Source: Candidatus Eiseniibacteriota bacterium
GTDB taxonomy: Bacteria > Eisenbacteria > RBG-16-71-46 > DASYSL01
Direction of reading: 5' to 3'
NCBI GenBank assembly: GCA_046598045.1
Contig: JBKJJJ010000174.1
Location: 49,291-113,290 of the forward strand
DNA length: 64,000 nucleotides
Positions 18,772 to 27,318 of this stretch are shown here, in pieces. Each line of letters begins with the position of its first letter. Position 1 is the first letter of the stretch. A program made the position numbers and the translations under genes. The notes beneath the pieces are model-generated. The model ran no database searches. It was not told the DNA's origin and was given only the letters and a program-made list of their open reading frames with translations.

Positions 18772-20951
18772 TCGCGCCCGAGCCCGCCGCTGCCGGCACG
18801 CTCGCGCCCAGCCTGTGGCGCTTCGAGACGCCGGGGGGCGGCGCGATCGGCGTGCTCGCGATCGATGCGCCCGAGCAGAAGGTCAACGTGCTTTCAGCCG
18901 AGGCGCTCGACGAGCTCGGCGCGCAGCTCGAGCGCATTCCTCACTTCGGCATCTCGGGCCTGGTGATCACGAGCGGCAAGCCGCGCACGTTCGTCGCCGG
19001 CGCCGACGTGCGCGAGATCCAGGCAATCCAGAGTCCGGACGAGGGCGCGATGAAGGCCGCGCGCGGCCAGTTGATCTTCCAGCGCCTCGCGACGCTCGCT
19101 GTCCCGACGCTCGCCGCGATCGACGGCCTGTGTCTCGGCGGCGGCACCGAGCTCGCGTTGGCGTGCCGCTACCGCGTGGCTTCGGATTTCGAGCGCACGT
19201 TCCTCGGCCTGCCCGAGGTGCGGCTCGGAATCCTCCCCGGCTTCGGCGGCTCGACGCGATTGCCGCGCCTGATCGGCGTCCCCGCGGCGCTCGACCTGAT
19301 CCTGACGGGCAAGACGGTCGACGCGTTGCGCGCGTTCAAGCTCGGCCTGGTGGACGACGTGCTGCCGCGCGAGGACTTCGTTCCGCGCGCGATGCGTTGG
19401 CTGTCGACGCGGCTCGATGCCGCGGCGTTCCAGCGCGTGCGCACCGAGCGCAAGCGCCGCCGCGCCGGCCCGCCCGCATGGGCGCTCGAGGGCAACCCGC
19501 TCGGCCGCGCGTTCGTGTTCGCGCAAGCGAAGAAGAGCGTGTTGCGCGAGACCCACGGCCACTACCCGGCGCCGCTCAAGGTGCTCGAGATCCTGCCGCA
19601 CACCAGTCGCGGTCCGGTCGAAGAGGCGCTCGCGCTCGAGGCGCGCGCGGTCGGCGAGCTCCTGGTCACGCCCGAGCACAAGAACCTGCTCTCGATCTTC
19701 TTCCTCACCGAGGGCGCAAAGAAGGATCCCCCGACGCCCAGCGCCGTGGACGTGCATGCGGTCGGCGTGCTCGGCGCGGGGGTGATGGGCGGCGGCATCG
19801 CGTTCGCGCTCTCGGACTCCGGAATCCCGGCGCGGCTCAAGGACGTGGCGCCCGATGCCGTCGGCAAGGGACTGAAGGCGGCCTACGATCTCTACCAGCG
19901 CCGCGTGCGCCGCCGCCGCCTCAAGCCGGCGGAGCGCGATCGCAAGTTGCGCCTGATCGCGGGCGGCACCGACTACGCGGGCTTCTCGCGCCTCGACGCC
20001 GTGATCGAGGCGATCGTCGAGAAGCTGGAGGTCAAGCAGGCCGTGCTCGCCGAGGTCGAGGCCCGTCTTCCCGCGCATGCGATCCTGCTGACCAATACGT
20101 CGTCGCTCGACGTCGACGCGATGGCGTCGCGCATGGCGGACCCCGGGCGCCTCGCGGGGCTCCACTTCTTCAACCCGGTCGACCGCATGCCGCTGGTCGA
20201 GATCATCGTGGGCGCGCGCACGTCGCCCGCGGCGACCGAGACCGCGCTCGCGCTCGCGCGCCGGCTCGGCAAGACGCCGGTCGTGGTCAAGAACGCGCCC
20301 GGCTTCCTCGTCAACCGCATCCTCATGCCCTACCTCAACGAGGGCCTCCACCTGTTCCGCGAGGGCGTGCACATCGAGACGCTCGACCAGGCGATGGTGG
20401 ACTTCGGCATGCCGATGGGACCGCTCCGCCTGCTCGATGAGATCGGGCTCGACGTCGCGGACAAGGTCTCGCACATCCTGGGCGCCGCGTTCGGCGATCG
20501 CGTCGATCCGGCGGGCGTGCTCGAGGCGATGGTCGCGGGCGGGCGCGTCGGCAAGAAGGGCGGGCTCGGCTTCTATCGCTACCGGGAGGGCACGGGCACG
20601 CCCGACCCGGCGGTCTATCCGCTGGCCGATCGCCCGTCGCGCGACGTGATCACCGCCGGGCCGGCGGCATGGCGCGAGCGCATGACGCTCGCGATGATCA
20701 ACGAGGCCGCGCGCTGCCTCGAGGAGCAGGTCGTGGAGTCGCCCGCGCAGGTGGATCTCGCGATGATCATGGGCACGGGCTTCCCGCCGTTCCGCGGCGG
20801 GCTCATGCGCTACGCCGACACGCTCGGCCCCACGGTTGTCGCCGAGCGGCTGCGCGCGCTCGCGCAGGTGCATGGCGCGCGCTTCGAACCCTGCGCGCTG
20901 ATCGTACACATGGCGCAGGACGGGTACGTGTTCCGGCCGGAGTTCCGCTGA
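18768..20951 (+). CDS. fadJ: Fatty acid oxidation complex alpha subunit (enoyl-CoA hydratase / 3-hydroxyacyl-CoA dehydrogenase)
   Basis: GGGTELALAC, GLPEVRLG, GAGVMGGGIA, HFFNPV, PGFLVNRIL; GTG 18768 overlaps thiolase stop. Confidence 0.9.
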   Translation: MIAPEPAAAGTLAPSLWRFETPGGGAIGVLAIDAPEQKVNVLSAEALDELGAQLERIPHFGISGLVITSGKPRTFVAGADVREIQAIQSPDEGAMKAARGQLIFQRLATLAVPTLAAIDGLCLGGGTELALACRYRVASDFERTFLGLPEVRLGILPGFGGSTRLPRLIGVPAALDLILTGKTVDALRAFKLGLVDDVLPREDFVPRAMRWLSTRLDAAAFQRVRTERKRRRAGPPAWALEGNPLGRAFVFAQAKKSVLRETHGHYPAPLKVLEILPHTSRGPVEEALALEARAVGELLVTPEHKNLLSIFFLTEGAKKDPPTPSAVDVHAVGVLGAGVMGGGIAFALSDSGIPARLKDVAPDAVGKGLKAAYDLYQRRVRRRRLKPAERDRKLRLIAGGTDYAGFSRLDAVIEAIVEKLEVKQAVLAEVEARLPAHAILLTNTSSLDVDAMASRMADPGRLAGLHFFNPVDRMPLVEIIVGARTSPAATETALALARRLGKTPVVVKNAPGFLVNRILMPYLNEGLHLFREGVHIETLDQAMVDFGMPMGPLRLLDEIGLDVADKVSHILGAAFGDRVDPAGVLEAMVAGGRVGKKGGLGFYRYREGTGTPDPAVYPLADRPSRDVITAGPAAWRERMTLAMINEAARCLEEQVVESPAQVDLAMIMGTGFPPFRGGLMRYADTLGPTVVAERLRALAQVHGARFEPCALIVHMAQDGYVFRPEFR

Positions 20952-20955
20952 GCGA

Positions 20956-21621
20956 TTATTTCTTGAACGCCATCGGCACGCTCACCCACGTGGCCACGGG
21001 CTGCCCGCTCGTGGCCGCGGGCTTGAAGCGCCACTGGCGCACCGCGTCCTGCGCGGCGCCGTTGAGCATCGGGATCGACTTGACCACGCGCGTCTCGCGC
21101 ACGCGACCGTCGGCACCGACCAGCGCCTGCACCACGACCGTGCCCTCGAGACCGGCCTGGCGGGCGAGCTCGGGGAACGCGGCCTTCACGGTGTAGATCG
21201 GTTCCGCGGGATCGTCGACCGCGACGAACGCGTTCGGGTCCGGAGCGTTGGCGATCCCACCCGACGTGATCGCGGGCCGCAGCGGCGCGCCGTCGGGCAT
21301 GCCGAGCGAGTCGCCCAGGAGCGCGCCCGCATGTTGCATGCCGTACGCCTGCGTCTCGCGGTTCGCGCGCAACTCCGCGTTGATGCGTTGGGCCTCATCG
21401 ATCTGGCGCTGGAGTTCGGCCTCGGTGAGCGGCGTCGGCGGGACCGGCGCATCGCTCCCGGGCAGGGAGGACAGCAGCTGGTCGGCGAAGCGCTGCGTGC
21501 CCCACGACGATGCGAACACCACGGCGAGGCAGGCTCCGAGGAATGCCAGCCGCGGGCGCCGCTTCAAGGAGGAGAAGGCGTCGCTGGCAATCTCGGTGAG
21601 TCGTGCGCGATTCAGGCCCAT
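20956..21621 (-). CDS. TonB C-terminal domain protein
   Basis: FPELARQAGLEGTVVV...AVRQWRFKPA...VATWVSVP; N-terminal TM. Confidence 0.8.
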   Translation of the reverse strand: MGLNRARLTEIASDAFSSLKRRPRLAFLGACLAVVFASSWGTQRFADQLLSSLPGSDAPVPPTPLTEAELQRQIDEAQRINAELRANRETQAYGMQHAGALLGDSLGMPDGAPLRPAITSGGIANAPDPNAFVAVDDPAEPIYTVKAAFPELARQAGLEGTVVVQALVGADGRVRETRVVKSIPMLNGAAQDAVRQWRFKPAATSGQPVATWVSVPMAFKK

Positions 21622-21661
21622 GGGGCCCTCCGCGCCGGGCTGGCGGGTAGAGCGCTCGGGA

Positions 21662-23320
21662 CTAGCCGCGTCCGCTGACCGGCGCTTCGCTGCTGAAGAA
21701 CACGTCGCGCAAGTACGGCAGCGGCGGCGTTCCGTGCGACAGCAGTGCGTCGTTGAACTCGCGCAGGTGGAAGGCGGCGCCCTTCGCGGCCTTCTGTTCC
21801 TCGCGCAGCTTGAGGATCTGCTGCCATCCGACGAAGTACGTCGAGAGCTGCACCGACGAGACCTGCGCGCGGCGGATCTTCTCCTCCGCCACCTTCTTCG
21901 TCTGGTAGCCCTCTTCGAGCAGCAGGCGCAGCGCCTCTTCCTCGGTCATGTTGCCGGCGTGCAGGCCGACGTCGATGATCGTGTTGAGCACGGCGCGCTG
22001 CCAGAACTTGAGCTGGCCCAGCTCATGACGTGGATCGTGATTCAGTCCCGCCTCGAGCATGAGCTGCTCCGAGTAGACCGCCCAGCCCTCGGCGAACGCG
22101 CCGTTCCAGAGCGCAGTCGGGACCAGGCGCCCGCCCTGGTTCGCGTGCCACAGCTGGAGGTAGTGACCGGGCAATGCCTCGTGCGCCGCGAGGATGCGCA
22201 ACTGCCACAGGTTGTACTCCCTCAGGTAGTCGTCGGTCTGCTCGGCGGTCCACGAGTCCGGGACGGGCGTCACGTAGAAGAATGTCGGCAGGTGGGACTC
22301 GAGCACGCCCGGCGGGTCGCAAGACGCTCCCGGCACGCCGCGATTGAACTCGGGCGTGAGCTCGACCTTGAGGTCGACCTTCTCGGGCATGGTCACGAGG
22401 TCGTTCGCGCGCAGGAAGGCCTCGAGCTCGACGCAGTACTCCTTGCAGCGCGCCAGCAGGTCCTCGCGGCCGGGCTTGTCCTTCTCGAGCTGGGCGAGCG
22501 CGGCCTTCACCGACGCCACGCCCATCTGCGAGGCGACCTCTTCCATGCGCTTCTTCTGCACGGCCAGGACGCTGTACGCCCACTCGGAGAGCTTCGTCGG
22601 CGTGAGGCCCGCGACCAGCGCGAGCTCGAGCTTCTCGGCGTACAGTTCCTCGCCGAGGCGCCAGTCGCCGCCCGGCTTGTGGCCGAGCGCCTTGAGGTGC
22701 TTCTCGAACGCGACCAGCGCGGTGGTCGCTTCGTCGACCGCCTTGCGCGCGCGCTCGGAGAGCGCCGGCGCCTGGGCGTCAACCTGCGCGAGGAACGTCT
22801 CCTCGAGGAACTGCGACAGCCCGTCGACCTGCAACAGCCCGACCGCGACGTGGGGCTTGGGCACGCGCACCAGGTTGAGCGTCGCCTGCGTGAAGAACCC
22901 CTGGAACTGCTCGATGCGGCGGATCGCGTTCTCGTACCGCACCGCCGCCGCCGCGAACTCACGCTTGAGTAGCGTCGAGACGCCCTCGCCGGCCTGGCGA
23001 ATGTAGAAATTCGGGTCATACTGCCAGGGGCGCTCGTCCTCGAGCTCGAACAGGGCGGCGCGGGCGCCGTTGGTCAGGATCTTGAGGTCGAGCCGGTCCT
23101 CCGCGTCGAGTCCGTCCTCGGAGACGCCTTCGAGGCGCTCGAGCAAGGAGGTCAGGCCGCCGGCGGCCTTGCGACGACCGTCCTTATCGTAGGCCGGGAG
23201 CATATGATCCAGTCCGTGGTCCCCCATCGCGGTGGCGTAGACCGGGTCGGAGACGAAGAGGTGCTGAATCAGCTCTTTCGCCAGCGAGGCCAGCGCGGGG
23301 TTGGTGGGCAGTCCTTGCAT
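21662..23320 (-). CDS. DUF885 family protein
   Basis: HEALPGHYLQ, FAEGWAVYSE, QLSTYFVG, FNDALLSHG motifs. Confidence 0.85.
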   Translation of the reverse strand: MQGLPTNPALASLAKELIQHLFVSDPVYATAMGDHGLDHMLPAYDKDGRRKAAGGLTSLLERLEGVSEDGLDAEDRLDLKILTNGARAALFELEDERPWQYDPNFYIRQAGEGVSTLLKREFAAAAVRYENAIRRIEQFQGFFTQATLNLVRVPKPHVAVGLLQVDGLSQFLEETFLAQVDAQAPALSERARKAVDEATTALVAFEKHLKALGHKPGGDWRLGEELYAEKLELALVAGLTPTKLSEWAYSVLAVQKKRMEEVASQMGVASVKAALAQLEKDKPGREDLLARCKEYCVELEAFLRANDLVTMPEKVDLKVELTPEFNRGVPGASCDPPGVLESHLPTFFYVTPVPDSWTAEQTDDYLREYNLWQLRILAAHEALPGHYLQLWHANQGGRLVPTALWNGAFAEGWAVYSEQLMLEAGLNHDPRHELGQLKFWQRAVLNTIIDVGLHAGNMTEEEALRLLLEEGYQTKKVAEEKIRRAQVSSVQLSTYFVGWQQILKLREEQKAAKGAAFHLREFNDALLSHGTPPLPYLRDVFFSSEAPVSGRG

Positions 23321-23493
23321 GGATATCCTCATCAGTCGGGGGCGGGGACGGCTGCCGGGGCGGGCGATCGCCCACCGGACCACCTTCACCGGAACGGCCG
23401 GATTATCCGGGGGGCCGCCGGGCGGGTCAAGGAAAGGCTGTCCGGTCGAGCGCATTCAAATGCGCACCAAATCTAGGTTTGAGGAGAAATGCC

Positions 23494-23817
23494 ATGACCG
23501 ACGAGAAGTGGGAAGCGATGGTGGGCCAGATCCAGCGCAAGTTCAAGGTCACGGAGCACACCACGGGCGAGCCCGATCCGCGCGATCACGGCGTGCGCGA
23601 GCTGATCGTCTTCGACGGCCCCTCCGGCCCGATGAAGCTCGAGCGGGTGACGCGTCCCCTGGTCCTCGAGAAGAAACCGATCTACACGCACCGCTCCGGG
23701 GGCGGCGTGAACTACGAATTCGTCTATCACCCCACCGAGAAGACCCACCGCGAGACGCTTTTCCGTTGGGAGAACAACGGATGGACGGAGATGGACCTGT
23801 CGTTTATGACCCGCTAG
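23494..23817 (+). CDS. Hypothetical protein
   Basis: GAGGAG RBS, strong coding bias, MTDEKWEAMVGQIQRKF. Confidence 0.75.
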   Translation: MTDEKWEAMVGQIQRKFKVTEHTTGEPDPRDHGVRELIVFDGPSGPMKLERVTRPLVLEKKPIYTHRSGGGVNYEFVYHPTEKTHRETLFRWENNGWTEMDLSFMTR

Positions 23818-23839
23818 CGCCGACCGAAAGCCCGACGAC

Positions 23840-23950
23840 CGCGCTGTGGATAAGGGTGCGCAACTCTGCGCAGCGGTGATTCTAGATCTCTGAAACCATT
23901 GTTATACAATCAGTTGCACAAAGTCACCGCGGCCGTACGTTATCCACCGT
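23840..23950. other. oriC: Candidate replication origin (DnaA boxes around an AT-rich core)
   Basis: TGTGGATAA 23845-23853 (perfect), TTATCCACC 23940-23948, degenerate TGCGCAACT 23857-23865 and AGTTGCACA 23912-23920; AT-rich core; next to parAB/parS. Confidence 0.5.
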
Positions 23951-23960
23951 CGCGCTTGGC

Positions 23961-24539
23961 TTAAGCGGAACGTGGAGTCCCGCCGCGACTTGCCCCGCCA
24001 ACCCCAGCCGAAGCTCCGCCCGAGCCCGCCATGCCTCCCGGCTCATTGTTGGGGTTCTCGTCCAGCATGGTGCAGCGCCCTGAGAAGCGGACCCCTTCAT
24101 CGATCACGATCGCGTGCGAGGTCAGGTCCCCGCGCACGCGGGCACCCCGGAGGAGGTCAATCCGCTCCTCGGCCTGGATTCCGCCGTCGAAGACCCCCCC
24201 GACAATCGCCTCGCGCACATGCACATCCGCTCGGACGTGTCCGTACGGTCCCACGATGATGCGGTCACAGTTGAGGATGTCCCCTTCGAAATCGCCGTCC
24301 ACCAGCAGCGTGCCCTCGATCATCAGGGTCCCGCGGAAGCTCGACCCCACCCCGATGTGGCAGTTGGTGACGATGTCATCGTCGTCGCTCGCGTCCTCCC
24401 GGCCCCGCGCGAACGGATTCTTCAGACCGCCGCGCGACTCCGAGGAATCCATCTCCGTGGGATCGAGGCCGAGCGCCTTCGCTGCGACGCGTTGAGCGAG
24501 GGACCTCCCCCGCGCCGGGTTCTTCGTGTCGTTGGTCAT
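23961..24539 (-). CDS. Bactofilin (polymer-forming cytoskeletal protein)
   Basis: IGVGSSFRGTL...VDGDFEGDI...G.VRADV...GARVRGDL....IVIDEGVRFSGRCTM; TGATG overlap with parB. Confidence 0.88.
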   Translation of the reverse strand: MTNDTKNPARGRSLAQRVAAKALGLDPTEMDSSESRGGLKNPFARGREDASDDDDIVTNCHIGVGSSFRGTLMIEGTLLVDGDFEGDILNCDRIIVGPYGHVRADVHVREAIVGGVFDGGIQAEERIDLLRGARVRGDLTSHAIVIDEGVRFSGRCTMLDENPNNEPGGMAGSGGASAGVGGASRGGTPRSA

Positions 24540-25510
24540 CAGAGGACTCCCAGGTTCTCGAGCAGGCGCTCGAGATCGGTCTCGTTGTAGTACTCGATCT
24601 CGATCTGTCCGCGATCCGTGCTCCCCACGGGCACGATACGGACCTGGGTCGCGAGTTTCCGACGGAGTTCGTTTGTCCACTCCGCGTAAGTGCTAGAAAC
24701 CGCATCCACAGCGGCTTGTGACGCGCCGTCGCCGCCGCGGCTCCTGCGCGAGGAGATCTTGCGACGCATCTTGCGCGCGACCAGCGCCTCGGTTTTGCGA
24801 ACGCTGAGACCCATGTCCGACACGTAGCGCGCGCTGGCTTCGATCTCGGCGCCGGAAGGCAAGCCGAGAAGTGCGCGGCCATGGCCCGCGGTCAATGTTC
24901 CACGTGAAACCATCGACTGTACCGACGCGGGAAGCGTGAGCAAGCGCAGCGCATTCGTGATCGAAGTGCGGTTCTTTCCCACGCGCTCACTCAGGCGCTC
25001 GTGCGTGTACTTCAACTCCTCGATCATGCGCTGATAACCGAGGGCCTCTTCGATCGCGTTGAGATCCTCGCGCTGGAGGTTCTCGATGAGCGCGATTTCA
25101 AGGATCTCGTCGTCGCTCACCTGGCGCACGATCGCCGGAATGGTCCCCAGTCCGATGCGTTGCGACGCGCGGAAGCGGCGCTCCCCCGCGATCAGTTGAA
25201 AATGGTCGCCGGCAGGACGAACCAGCACCGGTTGGAGCACGCCCTGGGCGCGAATCGACTCCCCCAACTCGGCTAGCGCATCCTCGGTGAACTCGATTCG
25301 AGGCTGCTTCGGGTTGGGAACGATACGATCCAGCGGGATTTCCTGCACTCGCTCGCGAGTGTCCTCGGAGGCGGCGTAGCCCTGGGAAGGTCCCCCGGTT
25401 TCGGGTAGGTCGGTCGCCACGGCTCCGCTGGGAGCCTCCGTTTCGTCGCCCGGACCCGGCGCGCCAGGAATCAGCGCGCCCAGGCCACGGCCGAGAGCCT
25501 TTCTAGTCAT
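24539..25510 (-). CDS. parB: Chromosome partitioning protein ParB
   Basis: MTRKALGRGLGALI, NPKQPR, IAGERRFRA, ALIENLQREDLN, HTH. Confidence 0.96.
   Translation of the reverse strand: MTRKALGRGLGALIPGAPGPGDETEAPSGAVATDLPETGGPSQGYAASEDTRERVQEIPLDRIVPNPKQPRIEFTEDALAELGESIRAQGVLQPVLVRPAGDHFQLIAGERRFRASQRIGLGTIPAIVRQVSDDEILEIALIENLQREDLNAIEEALGYQRMIEELKYTHERLSERVGKNRTSITNALRLLTLPASVQSMVSRGTLTAGHGRALLGLPSGAEIEASARYVSDMGLSVRKTEALVARKMRRKISSRRSRGGDGASQAAVDAVSSTYAEWTNELRRKLATQVRIVPVGSTDRGQIEIEYYNETDLERLLENLGVL
24896..24911. promoter_or_regulatory. parS: parS site inside parB
   Basis: TGTTCCACGTGAAACC, 15/16 match to TGTTNCACGTGAAACA. Confidence 0.75.
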
Positions 25511-26264
25511 GGTGAATGACCTCCTGCGCCAGAGCGCGGTAACTCTCTGCCCCTGAGGATGTTCCATCGTAATGGATGATCGGTTTTCCGAAGCTGGGAG
25601 CCTCGCTGAGGCGCACGTTTCGCGGGATGACCGTGGTATAGACCCGGTCCGAGAAGAACTTTCGAGCCTCGTCCGCGACCTGCTGCGAAAGATTGAGCCG
25701 CGAGTCGAACATCGTCAGCAGCACCCCCTCGATGCGGAGCCCCGGGTTCAAATTCTCCTGCACGAGCTGGATCGTGCGCACGAGCTGGGTCAGGCCCTCG
25801 AGCGCATAGTACTCGCACTGCAGGGGAATCAGGACCGAGTCGGCGGCGGTCAAGGTGTTGACCGTCAACAGGCCGAGCGAGGGCGGGCAATCGACGAAGA
25901 TGTAGTCGTAGACATCGCGAATCGGCTGTAGCGCATGGCGAAAGCGGGTCTCGCGGGCCATCACGCCGACCAGTTCGACTTCGGCGCCGCTGAGTTTCTG
26001 TCCCGAAGGCAGGACATCCAGGTTGGGCAGGACCTCGCGCTGGATCGCCTCTTCGATCGGTAGGCTGTTGACGAGGACTTCGTAGAGCGTGGGGCGGGAC
26101 TCGTCGACACTGACGCCCAGGCCGCTGGCCGCGTTGCCCTGGGGATCGATGTCGACCAGCAGGATCCGCTTGCCATCTTCAGCGGCACAAGCGCTTAGGT
26201 TGATTGCGGTTGTCGTCTTTCCAACGCCACCTTTTTGGCTGGCGACGGCGATCACTTTACCCAT
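25503..26264 (-). CDS. parA: Chromosome partitioning ATPase ParA/Soj
   Basis: QKGGVGKTTT, DIDPQGN, DCPPSLG, QCEYYALEG, IPRNVRLSEAPSFG. Confidence 0.97.
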   Translation of the reverse strand: MGKVIAVASQKGGVGKTTTAINLSACAAEDGKRILLVDIDPQGNAASGLGVSVDESRPTLYEVLVNSLPIEEAIQREVLPNLDVLPSGQKLSGAEVELVGVMARETRFRHALQPIRDVYDYIFVDCPPSLGLLTVNTLTAADSVLIPLQCEYYALEGLTQLVRTIQLVQENLNPGLRIEGVLLTMFDSRLNLSQQVADEARKFFSDRVYTTVIPRNVRLSEAPSFGKPIIHYDGTSSGAESYRALAQEVIHHD

Positions 26265-26418
26265 CGACCTTGAACGTCCTTGCGGGGGCCAGGGTTGTGT
26301 TTCAACGGGCGTACGAGCGCGCTCAAGGTACTCGGGCGTTCGGGCTCGGTCAATGTGCTTCTGAAAACGTGCTGGATTGCAGCCATTTACGCGGCACTAC
26401 GAGAATGTTCCGCAGGGC

Positions 26419-26434
26419 TGTTCCACGTGAAACA
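26419..26434. promoter_or_regulatory. parS: parS site
   Basis: TGTTCCACGTGAAACA, consensus match, in the rsmG-parA gap. Confidence 0.92.
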
Positions 26435-26484
26435 TCCCGACCCACGGCGCCACGGCTCTTCGCCAGGAGATCAAAGAGGCTCGA

Positions 26485-26500
26485 TGTTCCACGTGGAACA
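26485..26500. promoter_or_regulatory. parS: parS site
   Basis: TGTTCCACGTGGAACA, perfect palindrome. Confidence 0.92.
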
Positions 26501-26542
26501 TCGGGCCCCGAATCTCTCCTCGGACGGGTGTTCTTGAGCGGT

Positions 26543-27271
26543 CTACGCCTCCAGGCGCTGAAACACCACGTAGTGAAGATGGCGGTCCGGGACGGGCACG
26601 GTTTCCAGGTGCGTCCAGCTCTTGTCTCCGCTCTTGGACCAATCCAGCAGCTCCACGGGGTGCGAGCTCCCCTTGAACAACACGGCGTAGCCTCCGGGGC
26701 GAATGATCGGCGTCAGCCAGGGCAAAAGTTCGCCGATCAGGGCGACGGCACGGGCTGTCGCTGCGTCGAAGGGCCCGGCGCCATCGGCCGCGAGGCGCTC
26801 GGCGCGGCCGACGATGACCGTGGTGTTGGGGAGATCGAGGCCCTCGACAATGCGCTTGAGGAACAATCCCTTTCGGCGGCGCGATTCCACCACGGTCACC
26901 GCGAGCTCGGGGCGGGCGATTTGGATCGGGAGCGCGGGAAAGCCGGCGCCGCTGCCGACGTCCACGACGCTCTTCGGAGCAAGGCGGTCGAGCAGGGGAA
27001 GCACGGCCAGGGACTCCGCGACATGTCGACTGGCAAGGCGCCCCAGATCGTTCTGCGCCACCAGATTGCTGTCCTGAGTCCAGTGGAGCAAGTCTTCGAG
27101 ATAGGCTTCGAGACAGGCCAGCATGGGGCCTGCAGCCTCCGGGGTCAGGGCATACTCGGACGCCAGTTTTCGAAGAACGGAGCGCTCTCCGGACGAGAGC
27201 TGCCGGACGCTCTCCGCACTGGCGGCGCGTCCGGAGTCATCATTGCGAGGCTTGGCGGGAGAGGATCTCAT
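26543..27271 (-). CDS. rsmG: 16S rRNA m7G527 methyltransferase
   Basis: RHVAESL, DVGSGAGFPALP, ATARAV; synteny. Confidence 0.93.
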   Translation of the reverse strand: MRSSPAKPRNDDSGRAASAESVRQLSSGERSVLRKLASEYALTPEAAGPMLACLEAYLEDLLHWTQDSNLVAQNDLGRLASRHVAESLAVLPLLDRLAPKSVVDVGSGAGFPALPIQIARPELAVTVVESRRRKGLFLKRIVEGLDLPNTTVIVGRAERLAADGAGPFDAATARAVALIGELLPWLTPIIRPGGYAVLFKGSSHPVELLDWSKSGDKSWTHLETVPVPDRHLHYVVFQRLEA

Positions 27272-27318
27272 GTCCGCAGATTAACCCGGCGACGGCCCGC
27301 CGTGCTTCCTAAAGATAC

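Noticed and set aside
26298..26313. Fourth parS-like sequence TGTTTCAACGGGCGTA
   Set aside because: Only a partial half-site matches
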